Origin: Podarcis muralis
Lineage: Eukaryota
Direction of reading: 5' to 3'
DNA length: 64,000 nucleotides
Assembly (NCBI RefSeq): GCF_964188315.1
Contig: NC_135656.1
Location: 30,070,001 to 30,134,000, forward strand
Positions within the stretch are counted from its first letter, which is position 1, and every line of letters starts with the position of its first letter. Positions 1-11,667 of the stretch are shown here, piece after piece. The notes beneath the pieces are model-generated. The model saw nothing but the letters and a program-made list of their open reading frames with translations. It was not told where the DNA came from and did no database searches. The position numbers were made by a program, and so were the translations under genes.

Positions 1-1
1 C

Positions 2-85
2 AAGCCTTTCTTTGGGAATATAATAATAACGGATGTGACGGCGAACTGCCTGACTGTGACCTTTAAGGAATATGTGACAGTGTGA
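2..85 (+). CDS. CBX4: CBX4 (chromobox 4 / Pc2) C-terminal coding end, partial (gene starts before the window)
   Basis: The frame starting at nt 2 reads KPFFGNIIITDVTANCLTVTFKEYVTV then TGA (83-85). This is the Pc C-box (RING1-binding) with the CBX4-specific ending. Confidence 0.96.
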   Translation, partial: KPFFGNIIITDVTANCLTVTFKEYVTV

Positions 86-970
86 GGAGGCGCAGGCTTC
101 GGCCCTCTCCCTGGGCAGCCTAACACATGACCCCCTCATCCCTCCTCCTCCTCCTCTAAGGTATTGTTCTGCCCGGAGAGTAACTCTATGGTGCCACCCG
201 CTCAAGATCAGACGTGGCCCACGACCCCCGCCACGCCCCAGAAGAAGGGAGGGTGGGGTGCGGCGATTCTCCTTCGCTAGAGGGCGGTCTTCCATCTTGG
301 TTGGTTCCTTCCGGGGGGCACGCCACCTGCACCCTCCCTGGGCCTTGTGCACCAGGAGGTAGTCAGGGTGGCAGCTTCCCAGTTAACTTGACGGGAGAGT
401 TACATAGTATTATATTTTAACAGTGCTAACTTGTCGAGTCGTTCTTGCTCCCGTTTGTATGTGGTGTTGCTGAAAATGTATTGTTTGAGCTGAAGGCAGC
501 CCCCCTCCCCTCCAAGGTGGGCCACGCAATTATATTTATTTGTAGGTATTTATATAATGAAATATTAAGAAAAGACTAGATTTATGGAGTTTCCCTAGAT
601 TTGCCCTATATATATATATAATTATATTAAATACATATATTATATATATATTAAAAGCTATATCAGAATATTTTCATTTTCGTCCCTTTTTAAAAGCCAC
701 TTCTGGTTTTCGTCCCCCCGCCCCCCTACTTTTCCTTTTCATAAAACTGCAGGACCATCCCTTTTCCTCTGGTATATATTTTTTGATACTGTGTCCAACG
801 CATTCTTGTTTTCAGTGTGCAAAAAAAAAAAGTTAATAATAATAATCATTATCTAAAGCTAAACAAGCTATTATAGAAACTGCTGCTACTAGAAATGTCT
901 AAACTATAAGCTTCCAATTATTATGAATTGCTTGAATGTAAATATTAAATGGATATGTTGAAAGTGCATT
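86..970 (+). other. CBX4: CBX4 3'UTR
   Basis: Follows the stop codon, with AU-rich tracts and an ATTAAA hexamer at 944-949 followed by a GU/U-rich stretch. The 3' end is estimated. Confidence 0.75.
274..287 (+). promoter_or_regulatory. Candidate CTCF site in the CBX4 3'UTR
   Basis: TCGCTAGAGGGCGG matches the CCRSYAGRKGGCRS core at 13 of 14 positions. Motif evidence only. Confidence 0.4.
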
Positions 971-980
971 TGATGTTCTG
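944..980 (+). terminator. Probable CBX4 polyadenylation signal
   Basis: ATTAAA at 944-949, a CA at about 966-967, then TTTGATGTTCTG downstream. Confidence 0.6.
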
Positions 981-2129
981 CAGCTAGCCTAGGGTCTGGG
1001 TTGCAAAGACTAGCTGGAAAGTGGGGAGGAGCGAGGGCCTGGAGACCTGATGGGCACCTGTTGCTCTTTGGGGGCTGTATGCTGAAGGAAGGAAAATTGT
1101 GTGTCATGCAGTCATTGCAAAGGATTATAAACCTTTCCAAAAACAACAGGAGGTTTTGAGTACATTTATTGCAACTTTGGTTGTCCTTGGGGGCCCTGTT
1201 ATTGTGCATGCGATCTAAGCCTATGTTGCTGTTTCGGGTCTCCGGTCATAATCTGCAGGGGGTACATTGGATGCAATAGGTTCTCCATTCTTGGATTAGA
1301 TGACCTCTGGAATTCTTTCTCACTCGCTAGCTGAGAGCCCACAAAGGAAGCACTTGAATGCGATGGGCAAGCTTCTGTTCTTCTTTAGTTTTCAGATGAT
1401 TTCAGTTCTTAAATGGTGCGGAACAGAGCGAGGTGCCAAACGCTGTCATGCCTGACATGTATGATCATCCAACTAGCACATATGTAATTGGTTGTAAAAA
1501 AAAGACCTACACAGAGGCTGCTCCTTCGATAGCATCAAAACATGGATTCCGTCTCCTTCCCCCCACCCCCTGGTGCCTTAAAGGTCAGGTGTAACTTCTT
1601 AAGAAATCCTGGATAGAATAAACAATTGGAGTTCGATGATAGCAAGAAAATGTTGCTCTCATTCTGTCTCCCACACACTTCCTCCATAGGAGAATTATGT
1701 TCCTTAAGAGGCAGGCTGTCCGTTTCAAAGAGTTGCATGGATTTATTTGGCATTCACCATCTTCACATTGTAAGGTCCCTGTTAGGACTTGCACAAAATG
1801 TTTACATAGATGAGCCTCAGCAGAACTTCCTCACCAGTCATCCATAGCAGTCTCTTAGTGCGGTCGCCATAAAACAGTCAATTTCTGCCCTACCTTGACA
1901 TGTCATGAGAGAACATGGCAAAGTGAGTGGACTTTTGTCAACTTGCCACGTTAACCAGAAAGGTAGATTGCCAGACTGATACTTCCAAAAGAATGCAGTT
2001 GTGCTAGTGTAAATTGTGTTGACTGTCATTCTGTGAAGCTTTAGTTTTCAGGATTAAGTCATGATCCTAGAAATAAAGGACTGTCTTCCTTCCCCTTCCC
2101 CGCCAAAAATAATAGTCCACCTGGAAGAC

Positions 2130-2237
2130 TATTTTGCTGCCCTCCAAATGTTGCTGGACTATAACTCCCATCCCTGACAATTGACGGCCAGCTGGGGCTG
2201 ATGAAAGTTGTAGTCAAAAACATCTGGAGGGCAAAAG
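2130..2237. mobile_element. Palindromic hAT-type MITE (degenerate)
   Basis: ccctccaaatgttgctggactataactccca...gaaagttgtagtcaaaaacatctggagggc, an imperfect inverted repeat. Same family as 23140-23275. Confidence 0.65.
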
Positions 2238-2304
2238 GACAGGGAAGGCTGACCTGAAAACATTGCTGGCTTTGCCTTCTGATACCTCAAAGCACATTTG
2301 AGAT

Positions 2305-2695
2305 TGGGGGGTTCTTCTTTTTGTTTTCATTATGTATTTTCTGCTTTTATATTGTGCTTTTATGTTGCGAACCACCTGGAGACCTGCAGGTATAGGGCAG
2401 TACGGTCGTACCTTGGTTATTGAACGCCCTGGAACTCGGACGTTTTGGCTCCCGAATCCTGCAAGCCCAGAAATGATTGTTCCGGTTTTCGAATGTTCTT
2501 TTGGAACCCGATTGTCTGATGGGGCTTCCACGGCTTCTGATTGGCTGCAGGAGCTTCCTGTAGCCAACCAGAAGCTGTGATTTGGTTTTCGAACGTTTTG
2601 GAAGACAAACGGACTTCCGGAATGGATTCCGTTTGTCTTCCAAGGTACGACTGTATACAAATCTAATAAATAATAATAAATAACAATAATAATCA
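2305..2695 (+). mobile_element. L2 LINE 3' end fragment, interrupted by a MITE
   Basis: gaaccacctggagacctgcaggtatagggcagTA|TAtacaaatctaataaataataataaat resembles squamate L2 3' tails. Split at a TA by the element at 2403-2653. Confidence 0.7.
2403..2653. mobile_element. Tc1/mariner (Tigger-like) MITE
   Basis: TIRs cggtcgtaccttgg / ccaaggtacgactg with TA duplications at 2401-2402 and 2654-2655. Confidence 0.85.
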
Positions 2696-2799
2696 TTAAT
2701 ATTAAAACATCTGTATGGCAAAAGAACAGGGAAGGCTAACCTAGAAACAATGCTGGCTTTGCCTTTCGATATCTCAAAGCCGAAGTAGAATACAGAAAT

Positions 2800-2952
2800 C
2801 TGTCCTAGAGCAAACGGTCCAGTTCAGCACTGTTTACACTGAGAGCCAGCAGCTCTCCAGGGTCTCGGGAGTCTCATCTGGACTTGCAATGCCAGGGATT
2901 CAACATAGGAGCTTTGACATACAAACGTGTTGTTCCTTTCCACTGAGCTATG
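2800..2952 (-). mobile_element. tRNA-derived SINE (degenerate)
   Basis: The reverse complement starts catagctcagtgg (A-box-like) and contains ccctggagagctgctg. Similar architecture to the outer SINE at 47013-47340. Confidence 0.55.
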
Positions 2953-3077
2953 AGGCACCTAGAGGCCCGTATTAGCAGATCTGAGCTTTAGGAAGTGCAA
3001 GATGTAAGGATAGGAATCTGAATTCTGTTCTGGCTACTAAGCTTTAATTGACAGGTGTTGGATTACTGGATGCTGTA

Positions 3078-3158
3078 GCTGAGATTCCTGCATTGCAAGA
3101 GGTTGAACTAGATAACCCTTCGGGTCCCTTCCATCTCTTACCATTCTGTGATTCTGTA
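3078..3158 (+). mobile_element. CR1-type 3' tail
   Basis: gagattcctgcattgcaagaggttgaactagat...cccttccatctcttaccattctgtgattct, ending in the (ATTCTRTG)n-like CR1 terminus. Confidence 0.7.
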
Positions 3159-5075
3159 TCCTGTGCCCATCCTTCTACGCCTCTGCTGCCACTGCTTGAA
3201 GAACTCTTTGAAAGCTGGTTCTGTTATTTTTCTCAGCAATGCTGGTAATGGAGGGAAAGGTAGATTGGGTAGATGACACTTCATTGGGCCTTGGTCTCAT
3301 CTTGTTGCCCTCCCTGCCCTCAATTAAATCTCACAGATACGCCATTATTAGGCAGTGCATGATTAAGGTGGACTGCTGTTGGAGTGGGAACAAATTGCTT
3401 CATGTGATTATACTAGTTATCTTCTGCATAAACAAAAGATATATAGGCTACTACTAGGTAGAATCCTAAGTCATTGGGAGCGATTCCTGTTGAACTCAGG
3501 GCAATTTCTCAGTAAAGCTGCCATGGGAGTCGGGCTGCGTATGTTTTACTCTTTCCAAGCACCTATCTGAGAAGGAACTGAGGACTTCAGCCATGTCACA
3601 ACATGGACAGCTGAACAAAGTCTATTTTTAAAATAAGCAAAATGCAGAAGTTAGAAGAACAAATACAAAACCAACAGGGTGGCAGCTCCCATGGTATCAG
3701 TGGTTTAATTTGATTTATGGATTTTTTTGAAAGAAAAGGACTGCCTCTTACCCCCCCCCCCAAAAAAAAATGCTTTACAGCTTTTTTAAAAAACACAATC
3801 TCCATTCTTTCTACACAGACGTCTTGCTAAATCTTAATCAACTGTATTCTAGGAATGCATTTGGGCTGCTGTAATAAAAACTCTCAATATTGCGAATGGA
3901 TTTCTTCCAGTGAGAAATTGTGAAATCTCGGATGGAAAAAGCTTGAAGAAAATGCTTGCCTTTTCAAGGAAAATGCTGTGTCCCCACCCACTCCTCACGA
4001 ATCTCTTCATTCCTTTGTTAAGAGTGAATATGGAAATTTGGCTCAGCTTTGAAGTTTCAGGCTGTTTGTGTTCAGCTTTTGAGTTTTTTTGAAAACCGGA
4101 AAGGCAAAACATATTTATCAGCTGCCCACTGTAGAGGGCCACCTATGGATTTTATCTTATAGGTGACTGTGTGAACAAGTCTGGGGCCCCTTCTTACCTT
4201 TGTCTTGTTACCTTTGTCTAAAACAAAAATATTTTAAAAGTTGAAAAACTTGCGAAGAATAATATAATACAACTTGGCCATCATAGCTCAGGCACTGAGC
4301 CACACTTCCTGTATCACACAAACATGTCAGTGGTTATGAGATGAATCTTCCTGTTCCTCTAGTAAACTTAATTATATTTAATAACTTTAATCATTGGTGG
4401 TTAGCAATTAATGCAAAATGCATTATCACTAGCATATTAAAAACAACTTAATTGCAGCTTATTACTAGCTATTGGCAAGCCCATGCTTCTTGCAGATTTC
4501 TCCCCACCCTCCTCCTGCCCCAAATCTGACAACTGTCCTGGATAGAGAAGCTGAGCTTTTTGACGGAGCATCTGTGGGTGTTTTGAGGAACGCCATTTCC
4601 TGCTAGCTGTATCTTGCATTGAAAGTACACAAGTAGCTGGCAGCTTCAGGTGCAGCTGATTTAGTAAGCTGACAAAACGGATGGGGCCTATCCGCTCTTC
4701 AAATAGCCAGGGGAAGAGGATGTATTTTTAGTGTGCAAGGTTTGCTGTTGAGCTTCGCTCAGTGGCAGCTGGAGTTTCGTGACTATGCAGAAGTGCTGTG
4801 TAATTCATGACACACATGGCAGATTGGGAGGTACGGTGGCTCGTTGGATTCCTAACAGAGCGTAGGCTGGCTTTGAAAGCTGGAGGCCCGTTTTAGATGT
4901 CATAAATGTTGCTTCCACTGACCTACTGTTGCTTTCCTTACACTTGGCTCTTCCTTTGCGGAGCTCAGAGTCGGTTACGTGGGCTCTTGGCTACACCCCC
5001 AAACTGATCAGACTGAGACACCAATGCAAAACATTTCTGCAAGTGTATTTGTGGAACTGGTAAAATTGTTCAGCC

Positions 5076-5385
5076 CAGATACTGAGGTCCACCTCTGAGG
5101 GCCTTATGGTGGTTCCCTCACTGCGAGAAGTGAAGTTACAGGGAACCAGGCAGAGGGCCTTTTTGGTAGTGGTGCCTGCCCTGTGGAACGGCCTCCTATC
5201 AGGTGTCAAGGAGATAAAAGAACTACACCACTTTTAGAAGACATCTGAAGCCAGCCCTGTATTGGGGAAGTTTTTTAATGTTTGATATTTGATTATGTTT
5301 TTCTATGGGCTGGAAGCCACTCAGAGTGGCTAGGGAAACCCAGGCAGATGGACGGGTGGTGGTGGTTGTTATTATTATATTAATT
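5076..5385 (+). mobile_element. L2 LINE 3' fragment
   Basis: Degenerate ORF2 C-terminal region (gtgaagttacagggaaccaggcagagggcc...tggaacggcctcc) plus 3' UTR and TTA tail. Homologous to the 3' part of 11637-12810. Confidence 0.75.
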
Positions 5386-6835
5386 CCAAATTATAACACA
5401 GTGCTGTTGTCGGTGAGGTATATACACTTAATTTGCTTAAGAAGGACCAGAGGCTTCCTTCATAGGAAAGAGTGACCTGATGGTGAAAGATCAGCTCCTT
5501 GAGAGTCCTGAGCAACTTTTCTCATCCTGGGGGCATCCAGATGTTTTGGTTTATTGTTCTCATCAGTCCCGGCCAATGCAGAGGGCAGCAGGCTGGGGAA
5601 ATCATCATGAATGTGTAGTTCTGTACAAGCACACGGGGCTCATGGAAGGTCCCAGTGAAATGCAGCCTGTCTCCCAGCTGCTGACAAAAGTCAAAAGGGC
5701 CCCATATCTAAGTGTGTAAAAGCTTCCTTCACAGGGGATGGGTGTAGGTGTATGTATTTCAATCCTTGCAGCATTAGCTGCAAGCCCTGCTGCCTGTGAC
5801 CTTGAACAGAGCCTGTGACCTTGAAGAGACTAGGCGGATGCAGGAGATAGCTGCTTCTCTGGAAGCAGGTTTGTTTTGATTTCTTGGTTTGTCGGCTGCT
5901 TTCCCCCTCCCCGCCAAGCAGATCAAAGCAGCATCCGGTGATCAAAACGTATAAGGAGCACAAAATAATTAACATCGTAGCCTTCCAATTAGACAGCCAG
6001 ATCCAGATATTAGTCTGCCATGTATTTGAAGGGGCGGTCTATGCATCAGTACAGAAAGGAGGAATTCTGCTCCAACATTACTCATCTTGAGCAGCTTCTT
6101 CTGCAATGTATGGAACTGCTTTGAATGGGGGGGGTATTCTCCCTCCCTCCCCAGCTGTGTGATGTAAACAGAAGTAAATGCCAAGGGCATTCCTCCTTGG
6201 TCTCTGGCTCTCGTTTCTGGCACTTCCTCTCCTTCCCAAGTGAAATAGTGGATTATCTGTCCAAACATATTTTCTCCTACAAATATTTGTGCAACAGACT
6301 TGACAGAATGTTGGAATTCTGTTTTCTGCGCTAGCATTTTAGCATCCAAAATTCTAATGTTTGGGCTGTTCTTGACAGTCACAAAATGTGTATAAATTAC
6401 TAACCTTGGTTTATGTATTTATCAGATTTCCAAGTGTCACAGTTGCCAACCTTCCCCCCCCTTTAATTGTTTTATTTATTTATTTATTTATTTATTGCTG
6501 CCCTTGTGCCTTTTAACAGCAGTGTGACACGTAGAAGTCTTGCAAAAGAGCTCTTTTCAGATAAAACAATGGAACAGAAAGGAAATATTTCACTTTATTT
6601 CAATGGCAAGGGAATCTAAATTCTTGCTTGTGAGAATTATGTTAAAGTGGTTAATTCAGTGTTGCAATAGTTTTTGCAGTTGGTTTTTGCCAAGTGAGGC
6701 TTGTACAACTTGGGAGTTGGCAAAACTGAAGCACTTCAATGCCTTTCCCAAGCACCAGTGCTTAAAAGGCAAGGTGCAATACTTGGCAAGTGCAAAATTT
6801 CACGCTTGTTTCTGAAATCCATTTCACTTTAAGCT

Positions 6836-6950
6836 TAGAATCATAGCATTGTAGAGGTGGAAGGTCTACAAGGGTCATGTAGTCCAACCCCCTCCAATGC
6901 AGGAATCTCAACTAAATCATACATGGCAGATGATGGCCGTCTTATCTGGT
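6836..6950 (-). mobile_element. CR1-type 3' tail
   Basis: tagaatcatag...ggaagg...agtccaaccccctccaatgcaggaatctc is the reverse complement of the CR1 terminus. Confidence 0.7.
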
Positions 6951-7430
6951 CAGCTTGCTGCATTGTGGGGGTAGAAGCCAGCCTTCACATTTGCACATTT
7001 AAGTTTGAAACTGGGCTGACCAAGTCTCTGGTTTCATTCGGGTCTTCAGACACTAATGAGAGGAGCCACCCTGGATTCACATATTCCACCCGTAACGAAA
7101 ACCATCAGAACTCCCTTCTCCTTGAAACACAGTATGAACAAAAGGAATAGTTGCTTAAGTGAGATCGTACTCAGTTAAGAACAGTGCTGGCAATATAAAT
7201 TAGCAGAGAGCCTCATTTAGCCAAGTTGATGGGTCTAAAACACGATACTGACAGCATTCGTTACGATGCACCTGGAACAAGCCTGACATGTTAATATAAC
7301 CAAAATAGCAGGATTCAGTTTTTCACATCTTTAGGTTTGTTTTCTAACCATCTTAGGCTCTTTATTTAGCCCTGCTTTCTTTCTGTAAAGGAAAACACCA
7401 GTGTGTACGGATGATGCCCTGACTTTTGCC

Positions 7431-7490
7431 TTATTATTATTAATTGAATTTATATACTGCCCTATACCTGAAGGTCTCAGGGCGGTTCTC
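7431..7490 (-). mobile_element. L2 3' tail remnant
   Basis: ttattattattaattgaatttatatactgccctatacctgaaggtctcagggcggttc, the antisense of the tail seen at 2305-2695. Confidence 0.6.
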
Positions 7491-9004
7491 CCCTCTGTGC
7501 AGCTACCAAAATCCGCTCCTCTATTTCAAAGGTACAGGAGCTGTCTCACCTTTGTATCTGTTTACCCTAATGCCAGGGAGTTTACCAATTGACTTGATTC
7601 TACTGGGGCCCTGAAACTGAAAGAACATGATTGCAGCAAGGCCTTTTTTCAGCGTTTATGCAAAATAACAATGGACCCTGAAAGACTTGCCTATCAAGAA
7701 TACAAGAGAGATCTGTCTTGCTTTTTTTATAGAAAAGGGGGGGTGGGAGTTGTGCTCAAACAAACTGGAGGATGAATGAACCGATTTGTTACTATCTCCA
7801 AAAACAACAGTTACCTCTTGGCCAAAATGGAAAACTTCCAAATTCAAACACCCACACTTGGGGATAATGTTCGGCTGGGGGTGGGAAGGAAGGCTTCAAA
7901 TCTGCTTCAGATTTCCAGTCTCACTTGATTCCACAGAGAGAGATCTATGGCACTACAGTGGCTGTCACAGGTGAGTGCCAACAAACAATTGCATGCCCAA
8001 AGCAGAAGAAGAGAATTGACGTGGAGGAATGGAGTGGGCGGGAGGAGAGTCTCTAGCATTCCTTTTGTTATTTGGCCCAGGCAAATTAATGTCGGTTGTT
8101 TCATCCTGGAGGTTATAGCTCTCCTATGTTTCCTGTCTCAAACGAAGAAAAAGGAAATTCAGTGTATTCTTAATAGATTGCAAACGTGTATAGCTATATT
8201 TAGCACACTGATTTCAAAGGAATTCAGGCATGCCTAATTCCTTTCTGGGTGGTACCTAGTCAGTGTACAGCAGGAATCATGCTTATGAATTGGCTTAGCT
8301 CCAGCATTTCCAGATTGTTCTTTCAAAGCCTCTCAAATGGCTATGGAATCCTCCAGATGTTAATGGGCTCCATTTCCCATCAGTCTTAGCCAACATAGCC
8401 ATTGGTCAAGGATGGCGGGAGTTGCAGTCCAACAACACCTAGAGGACCACAGTGGATTTTTCTTTTTTTCTTTTTTCTTAAATTTTTTTGAACCCCCTCC
8501 ACACACACACAATTTCCTACCACCTCATAGAAGGACTGAAATGCCCCCCCCATACCAGAACCTCCCCATTTTATTTAAGCTAATATCCACTGAGGGATGA
8601 AAACCACCAGCCTATCCTGTACCTCCCCCCACTTGTAACCCCCTCAGAAGCAACCTTGGTGGGGGGGACCCTTTGTCCCCCATTCCCAGATTTTGAGGAC
8701 CCCCCCCCATCCATTTATGCTGAGATACCCCTTTCCCTCCCATCCATGTAGCGTCAGACCCTCCTCCATGACCCCATCAATGCAGAAAGCCCCCTCCATT
8801 TTGAGGTTGCCCCCTCTAATCCACAGTGGATATTTCTGAAACCCCCTCTCTCCGTTACTGTCCTTCCCCCAAGATGAACACAACTCTTAATTTCTGCAAT
8901 CCTTGATTGATCTTCTCAGGTAGGGTGTGGGAACTGTGTTAGTGGATCTTGCAAACTTCCATAGGCTCTGGGCAGCAGCAGTCCTTGTGGGGGATTCCTG
9001 TACC

Positions 9005-9131
9005 CAGGGCTTTTTTTTAGCCAGAGCTCAGTTCCAGCACCTCTCAGGTGAGTGCCATTGCCATTCTTAGAGAACAAGGGAGAAGTTCGTGGTGAGCTCC
9101 AGCCCCCCTTTTTTCTAGAAGAATAGCACTG
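9005..9131. mobile_element. hAT MITE
   Basis: TIRs cagggcttttttt / gaagaatagcactg. The 8-bp flanks cctgtacc and cctgtgcc match at 7 of 8. Confidence 0.75.
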
Positions 9132-10815
9132 CCTGTGCCAATTATGCTTGTGGAACCTGGCAATGTGTCTCAGATTGCCCTAGTCATGCTTTTTCTTTTT
9201 ATATCTATATAACAGCTAGCCCAGTCTTGAAAGTCACTTACACTTTCCGCACATGTAAAATGTGAATTAATGCTACCTCTTTCACAAAGCTGCACCAAGG
9301 ATAAAATGAATAGCAGTTTTTAGTCAAGCGCAGAGCTGCCCGCTAATGTCCTTCACCAAGACTAAAAACTGAATGAATGTTGGCTCACATCCCATCCTTT
9401 TCATTCGGATATTTTTTTTCCCCTAGCCAAGGAACAGAGGGGGAAACATTTGCAGGCATATAGGGGTGACAGCTGCTAGAAGCTGTTTTAGACTCTCTTG
9501 CAAGAAGACAAGTCTACTGCCAATATTAAGTGCTTTCTTTGGATCACCTGAAACACATCATTAGATGTTTTGCAAACTGCCTCTGAAACCGCTCCCTTTC
9601 GAAAGGAGCTTTCCAGGTAAGCATAGAGTCTGCTGCTTGTGAAAAGCAAGTCTAAAGCCCTCTTTGGCTCACAGAACAAATACCACTGTTCTTTTCAATC
9701 CTAGCTATTGCTTTTCATCATCATCATCATCATCTATTTATTTATACCCCACCTTTTCCCCTGACAGTGACCCAAGGTGGATAATTGTATATAATTGTAA
9801 CTGGGCAACACTGGGGTGCCTTTGAGGAGGATCTAATAATAAAGGCCACTTAGAGTGTCATCTTCCCTATTATTATAACAAATATTTTTCCTTTGCATTC
9901 ACAACACTAACTCAGGAAAAGCCTTTTCACTTTTTTTTTTGCTGACGACTCACAGAATATCTGACACCAAGCTGCACGGCAGAAGGTTCAATGTCATTTT
10001 CAGCATTGATAAAAGAGCTGTGCAGATACATACAAATCCAGCAGAAGGCGTGTCTGCCCGGCACCTGTATGCTTGGAATGCAGTTCTCAATCCAGAGTCT
10101 TTAGTTTCATTTCATAGACAAAGCCCCCCTGATAAGACAGGGTGATATTTCTGAATTGTCTCCTTCTTTCACCAATCCTAGTGGCTTAATTCTGAAGCAC
10201 TTAAAAAAACCAAGTGCCATGAAGGCCAGTGAAGCTCATTTCATATCGACTGTGCTTAGGTTTGCAGCCTCCTTGTTTGTGATCTGAATATTTCAAGATC
10301 TTGAACATACTGGTAAAATCAACCTCTGTGTTAGGGGTGGGGAACCCTTTTCAGCCTGAGAGTTGGATTTGTATTTGACCAGCCCTCCAAGGATCAAGTG
10401 GGCAGAACCAAAGGCTAGGGGGATGGGGTCAAAGGCATGCATATGTGTTTTGGTAACTGGACTGTAATCTGAAGTCTTCAAAGCACAAAGTGCTCTGTAC
10501 CAGAAGACATTCAAAGCTTCCTGCTGCCAGTCTGAGGCCAGGTCCTAACATGGCTTTAGGAAAGCCTTCAAAATTGTGTTTAAGATGAAACCCTAAACTA
10601 ATATATCTTCAACTATCAAAGCTGTCAGTCTCATCCCAGTGAAAAACAGAGGACGTTGACAGCCTTCCCTCAAGAAGTAAGTGGTAGAGACAATGCATGA
10701 CCCCTCCAGAACCAAAATACTGATAAACTGGCCCAAAAGTAAGAGGAAAAGATGAACTGCAGCTCAGTTCGGTACTAATAAGGGTTGTCAGAGGAAGAAT
10801 CTGTTATGACAAATT

Positions 10816-10937
10816 TTCCCAAACTTGGGTCTCCAACTGTTTTTGGACCACAACTCCCATCATCCCTAGCTAGCAGGACCAGCAGTCAGGGATGATGGGA
10901 ATTGTAGTCCAAAACAGTGGGGTCCCAAATTTGGGAA
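10816..10937. mobile_element. Palindromic hAT-type MITE
   Basis: ttcccaaacttggg...caactcccatcatccct...agggatgatgggaattgtagtcc...tttgggaa forms a long inverted repeat. Confidence 0.75.
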
Positions 10938-11304
10938 GCTCTGTGCTATAACAAGTTTTGATGGCTCAAGAATTTCAGTGATCAATAAAATAAAATCAGT
11001 CAACAAAGCGTAACATTTTATTACAACATTTTATTCTACGTTTTATGACATTTTATTCTACAGTCTAGAGATTATGTAAGTCTGTATAAACAGGTAATAT
11101 AAGGTCCACAGAGATGCTGGCCATCTTAGCCCACCAATTACCTAATCTGACTTTTGGAGTAATGAAAGTGATGTGCCTGGGGATGATGGGAATTGTAGTC
11201 CAGCAACATCTAGAAGGCACTGTGTTGCTAACCCTTGTATTGACAGGAGGTGCGGGGAACCTTTGACCTTCCAGATGTTCTCCACACCTGCATTACATTA
11301 TTTT

Positions 11305-11480
11305 CCTGCCCTTCCTCTAAGGAGTTTAAACCAATGTGTATTGTTTTTCCTGATCCTCTTTATTCTCACAACCACCCTGCAAGGTAAGTTAGGTGAAAGG
11401 CTGAAGAGCGCTGAGTGAGGATTTGAACATTGGACTCCCTGATCTTGATGGAACTCTTTAACAACTCTACCACACTCTAT
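11305..11480 (-). mobile_element. MIR/CORE-SINE-like relic
   Basis: attctcacaaccaccctgcaaggtaag and gaggatttgaac...tggactcc resemble the antisense CORE-SINE core. Degenerate. Confidence 0.4.
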
Positions 11481-11635
11481 CGTTTGAGTGGCAGCCCAGG
11501 CCTGTAGAAGGAAGAAATTTAGCTAACCCTATACTACATCTAGCATACATAAATATAACTTATTGCAGCACACATCTGATGGATAGAGGAACCTCTTTTT
11601 TTCTTTTGTAAAGTATTGGGAAATAATTCTTCTTC

Positions 11636-11636
<1 letters not shown>

Positions 11637-11667
<31 letters not shown>

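Noticed and set aside
8490-8880. C-rich degenerate stretch with recurring atccac.g.ggat and attttgagg words
   Set aside because: No consistent period or termini could be defined. Probably a decayed repeat interior.
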